Source of the DNA: Alphaproteobacteria bacterium
Lineage (GTDB): Bacteria > Pseudomonadota > Alphaproteobacteria > JBKEAR01
DNA length: 64,000 nucleotides
Assembly: GCA_047973205.1 (NCBI GenBank)
Contig: JBKEBO010000074.1
Location: forward strand, 12,057-76,056
Direction of reading: 5' to 3'
Shown: positions 61,548 to 64,000 of the stretch, piece after piece
Layout: each line of letters begins with the position of its first letter
Position numbering within the stretch: position 1 is the first letter of the stretch
The notes under the pieces: generated by a model
Databases searched by the model: none
Seen by the model: only the letters and a program-made list of their open reading frames with translations
Told to the model about the DNA's origin: nothing
Program-made: the position numbers and the translations under genes

Positions 61548-62018
61548 TTAACTTTTAGTGGTATGTTTTTGTTTATTAATTTCAGCATCTAAATGTTGAC
61601 TATACTTATTAGTTAGGCCAATAATTTCATCAAATTGCTCTTGTGTAATTTGGGCAAATATAGCTCTATCTCTTTGTTTGAATTCATTATGGAGCTTTTC
61701 GTGAATGTCAAAAATCTCTTTCCCCTTTGGTGTGAGTTTAAAATAGATTTCTTTTTTATTATCAACTTCTTGGTAACTTTCAATAAGTTTTTTTTGGATG
61801 AGCTTTTTGGTGGCCTTACTCATGGCACCTCGGGTCATATAAAAAGCTTTGGCAAGCTTTGTTACGTTGGTATCTGTATTTTTCCCAATAAATTCAATAC
61901 AGTGGACTTCGGAAGATTTATACCCTTTTAAGGCAACATCCATTTTGAGTTTATTCAACCAAGAGAGCTTGTGATAAACATCTCTAAGGTTACTTAAAAG
62001 TTGCTCTTCTTTATTCAT
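61548..62018 (-). CDS. MarR-family transcriptional regulator
   Basis: Winged-HTH MarR core (...LTPKGKEIFDIHEKL...). Start set at ATG 62018 (MNKEEQLL). Confidence 0.8.
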   Translation of the reverse strand: MNKEEQLLSNLRDVYHKLSWLNKLKMDVALKGYKSSEVHCIEFIGKNTDTNVTKLAKAFYMTRGAMSKATKKLIQKKLIESYQEVDNKKEIYFKLTPKGKEIFDIHEKLHNEFKQRDRAIFAQITQEQFDEIIGLTNKYSQHLDAEINKQKHTTKS

Positions 62019-62162
62019 GCGAAAGCCTCTCAAAAAAGATTGGTTAGGAAACAAAGGCATATTATATTTTATCCTTATTTCTAATTCAATAGCTTATCAT
62101 AAGCTTGATTTTTGTTAAGCATCAAATTAAGATACAAATGTAACAATATTAAAGGGATAAAT

Positions 62163-62870
62163 ATGACAGTCGAATTTGGAATCATTGCTGCAATGCAAGA
62201 GGAATGCGAGGCTCTTAAAGCCATGATGGATGCTCCTGCAGAGCATAAAATAGGCAATAAGCTCTTTTTAGAAGGTACAGTTTTGGGGCGAAATATTGTG
62301 GTATTACAATGCGGTATTGGCAAGGTCAATGGGGCAGTCGGGGCTACTTTGATGATTGAAAAATTCACCCCCAAATATATAATCAATACAGGCTCAGCAG
62401 GTGGCTTTGCCAAGGATTTACAAGTGGGTGATATTATTGTTTCCGAAAAAATAGCTTATCATGATGTGGACTTAACCAGCTTTGGCTATAAGATTGGGCA
62501 AATGGCGGGTGAGCCTGTAGACTTTACCGCAGATGCATCATTAGTTGAGACATTACAACATGTTAGCCCTAGTGATAAGAGCAAAAAAATGCGAACAGGA
62601 ATGATTGTTTCGGGTGACAGTTTCATTAGCGAAAAAGGACAATTTGATAAAATTCAAAGCAACTTTCCTGCGGCGGATGTTATTGAGATGGAAGCGGCGG
62701 CGATTGCTCATACTTGTCATATTTTCCAAACCCCATTTTTGGCAATACGCTCAGTATCTGATATTGTGTATGAGGAAGGTAACCAAATGGATTTTCAGGA
62801 GTTTTTACCTATTGCAGCCAAAAATTCTTTAGATATTTTATCACAAATTTTACAAAAACATCCCAAGTAA
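62163..62870 (+). CDS. mtnN: 5-prime-methylthioadenosine/S-adenosylhomocysteine nucleosidase
   Basis: MTVEFGIIAAMQEECEALK... MTAN/Pfs family (SAGGF, IEMEAAAIAH). Start at ATG 62163. Confidence 0.9.
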   Translation: MTVEFGIIAAMQEECEALKAMMDAPAEHKIGNKLFLEGTVLGRNIVVLQCGIGKVNGAVGATLMIEKFTPKYIINTGSAGGFAKDLQVGDIIVSEKIAYHDVDLTSFGYKIGQMAGEPVDFTADASLVETLQHVSPSDKSKKMRTGMIVSGDSFISEKGQFDKIQSNFPAADVIEMEAAAIAHTCHIFQTPFLAIRSVSDIVYEEGNQMDFQEFLPIAAKNSLDILSQILQKHPK

Positions 62871-62884
62871 AGGAGGCCTAATTT

Positions 62885-63367
62885 ATGGAACAAATTGCAA
62901 GCTTTAGCGTCAATCACGAAAAAATGAGCCGTGGTATATTTCTCTCACGTCAAGATAAGGTGGGAGATGAGGTCATCTCAACCTTTGATATTCGCTTAAA
63001 ACTGCCCAATCGTGAGCCTGTGATTGATGTACCAGCCTTGCATACAATCGAACATTTAGGGGCAACATTTTTACGCAACCATCCCGAGTGGGCAGAAGAT
63101 ACAATTTACTTTGGACCGATGGGGTGTCGCACGGGATTTTATGTGATTTTTGCAGGTGATTTATCCTCGCAAGATGTTGTGCATATAATCACGGAGATGT
63201 TTCAGTTTTTCATTGATTTTAAAGGAGATATTCCAGGTGCTACGGCAATGGAATGTGGCAATTATCAAGAGCAAAATCTTGATATGGCTCAATGGGAAAG
63301 CCGTAAATTTATGAAAGAAGTCTTACAGGATTTGCAGTCTGAGAACTTATATTATCCCGAAGATTAA
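62885..63367 (+). CDS. luxS: S-ribosylhomocysteine lyase
   Basis: HTIEHL metal-binding motif and MGCRTGFY. SD aaggagg at 8-nt spacing. Confidence 0.9.
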   Translation: MEQIASFSVNHEKMSRGIFLSRQDKVGDEVISTFDIRLKLPNREPVIDVPALHTIEHLGATFLRNHPEWAEDTIYFGPMGCRTGFYVIFAGDLSSQDVVHIITEMFQFFIDFKGDIPGATAMECGNYQEQNLDMAQWESRKFMKEVLQDLQSENLYYPED

Positions 63368-63404
63368 GATGCGGCTGCGTCTTAAAAATTTTATGACAGA
63401 AAAA

Positions 63405-63618
63405 AGCCCATTTTTGCCAAAAATTCATCTATTTTTACCATTTTTGTCCAAAATAATCCGAAAATTGCCAAAAATTGCCAAAAATTGCCACCCGTTAAAA
63501 GTGTGATATTTGTTTGTTATAGGTTATTATCAGTATTTTTTTGGATAAAAATGGGCTATTTTTGGTCAAAATAGGTAAAAACTTGGTCGAATTTGGTTAA
63601 TTTGAGGCAAAATGGGCT
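63405..63618. repeat. structured intergenic repeat element, copy C
   Basis: TIRs agcccatttttgcc / ggcaaaatgggct. Internal ccatttttgtcc, a perfect 10-bp tandem aaaattgcca x3, and ttggataaaaatgggct / ttggtcaaaat / aggtaaaaac decamers. Lies in the luxS/AraC convergent gap. Confidence 0.6.
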
Positions 63619-63660
63619 CGAATAATCTCAGTATATTTTCTTAAAAATAGTCCGTATATT

Positions 63661-64000
63661 CTACATATGGTTGAGCTTACGATACTGCTTTGGACTCAGA
63701 TTATAGCAATCACCAAAAGCCTTATAAAAACGGCTGATAGAACCAAAGCCAGTTTCGATAGCAATATTAAAAATCGAACGTTTAGTATTGCGTAAAAGTG
63801 AGCAGGCATATTTAAGGCGAATATGAATAATGAACTGGCGGATGGAATACCCAGAAAATCCTTTAAAAACACGTTGGATATAGTTTTCGTGATAGCCTAA
63901 ATAATCAGCTAAGTCTTGATTGCGGATATCCTCTTGAAAATGCTCGAAAATATAATGTAAAATTTGGCTAAAAAGTTGCATATTGGGCATCTCTTTTTGA
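63661..64000 (-). CDS. AraC-family transcriptional regulator, C-terminal HTH part; N-terminus lies beyond the window
   Basis: Dual HTH_18/AraC signature (...IRQFIIHIRLKYACSLL...GFGSISRFYKAFGDCYNLSPKQYR). Confidence 0.7.
   Translation of the reverse strand, partial: QKEMPNMQLFSQILHYIFEHFQEDIRNQDLADYLGYHENYIQRVFKGFSGYSIRQFIIHIRLKYACSLLRNTKRSIFNIAIETGFGSISRFYKAFGDCYNLSPKQYRKLNHM

Noticed and set aside
63461-63490. Tandem aaaattgcca x3 and other short direct repeats, considered as a possible CRISPR array
   Set aside because: The period is 10 bp with no unique spacers and no cas genes, and the repeats are part of a larger inverted-repeat element. This is not a CRISPR architecture.
1-64000. Search for tRNA or rRNA genes (T-arm GGTTCGAATCC-like motifs, rRNA conserved blocks)
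   Set aside because: No tRNA- or rRNA-like sequence seen anywhere in the window.

Overview
A 64-kb chromosomal window at roughly 38-40% GC, reading as a Rhizobiales-type alphaproteobacterium (Bartonella-like). The clearest signature is the chvI-chvG-hprK-EIIA(Man)-HPr operon with pckA transcribed divergently. Other supporting loci are rpoN-hpf-ptsN, tatABC, argS followed by a SPOR-domain protein, and an extensin-like C-terminal domain protein.

The window is mostly housekeeping:
- amino-acid and nucleotide metabolism: leuA, pepA, pyrB/pyrC, gltD/gltB, glmS, dapB, nth, xthA, trmFO, uppP
- central carbon: glpD, talB, pckA
- stress: sodB, OsmC-like, Usp, Irr-like Fur
- an unusually rich set of sugar and amino-sugar genes for this order: a gatZ-like fragment, a DeoR regulator, nagB, a PfkB kinase, a GH4 hydrolase, udp

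Features that stand out:
1. Three copies of a structured 170-215 bp repeat with terminal inverted repeats and helically phased A/T-tract decamers. Each sits in the 3-prime gap between convergent genes.
2. A minimal prophage remnant reduced to a CI/LexA-like repressor, two unknown genes and a complete lysis cassette: XhlA-like protein, amidase endolysin, a 2-TM protein, and overlapped i-/o-spanins.
3. A leucine-rich leader peptide and hairpins upstream of leuA.
4. A DivL-like pseudo-histidine kinase whose phospho-acceptor His is replaced by Val and whose G1/G2 boxes are degenerate.
5. A MarR-MFS//pfs-luxS cluster; LuxS is atypical for Alphaproteobacteria.
6. Several unannotated micro-ORFs below the 60-aa cutoff of the ORF track.

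No rRNA, tRNA or CRISPR array was seen.
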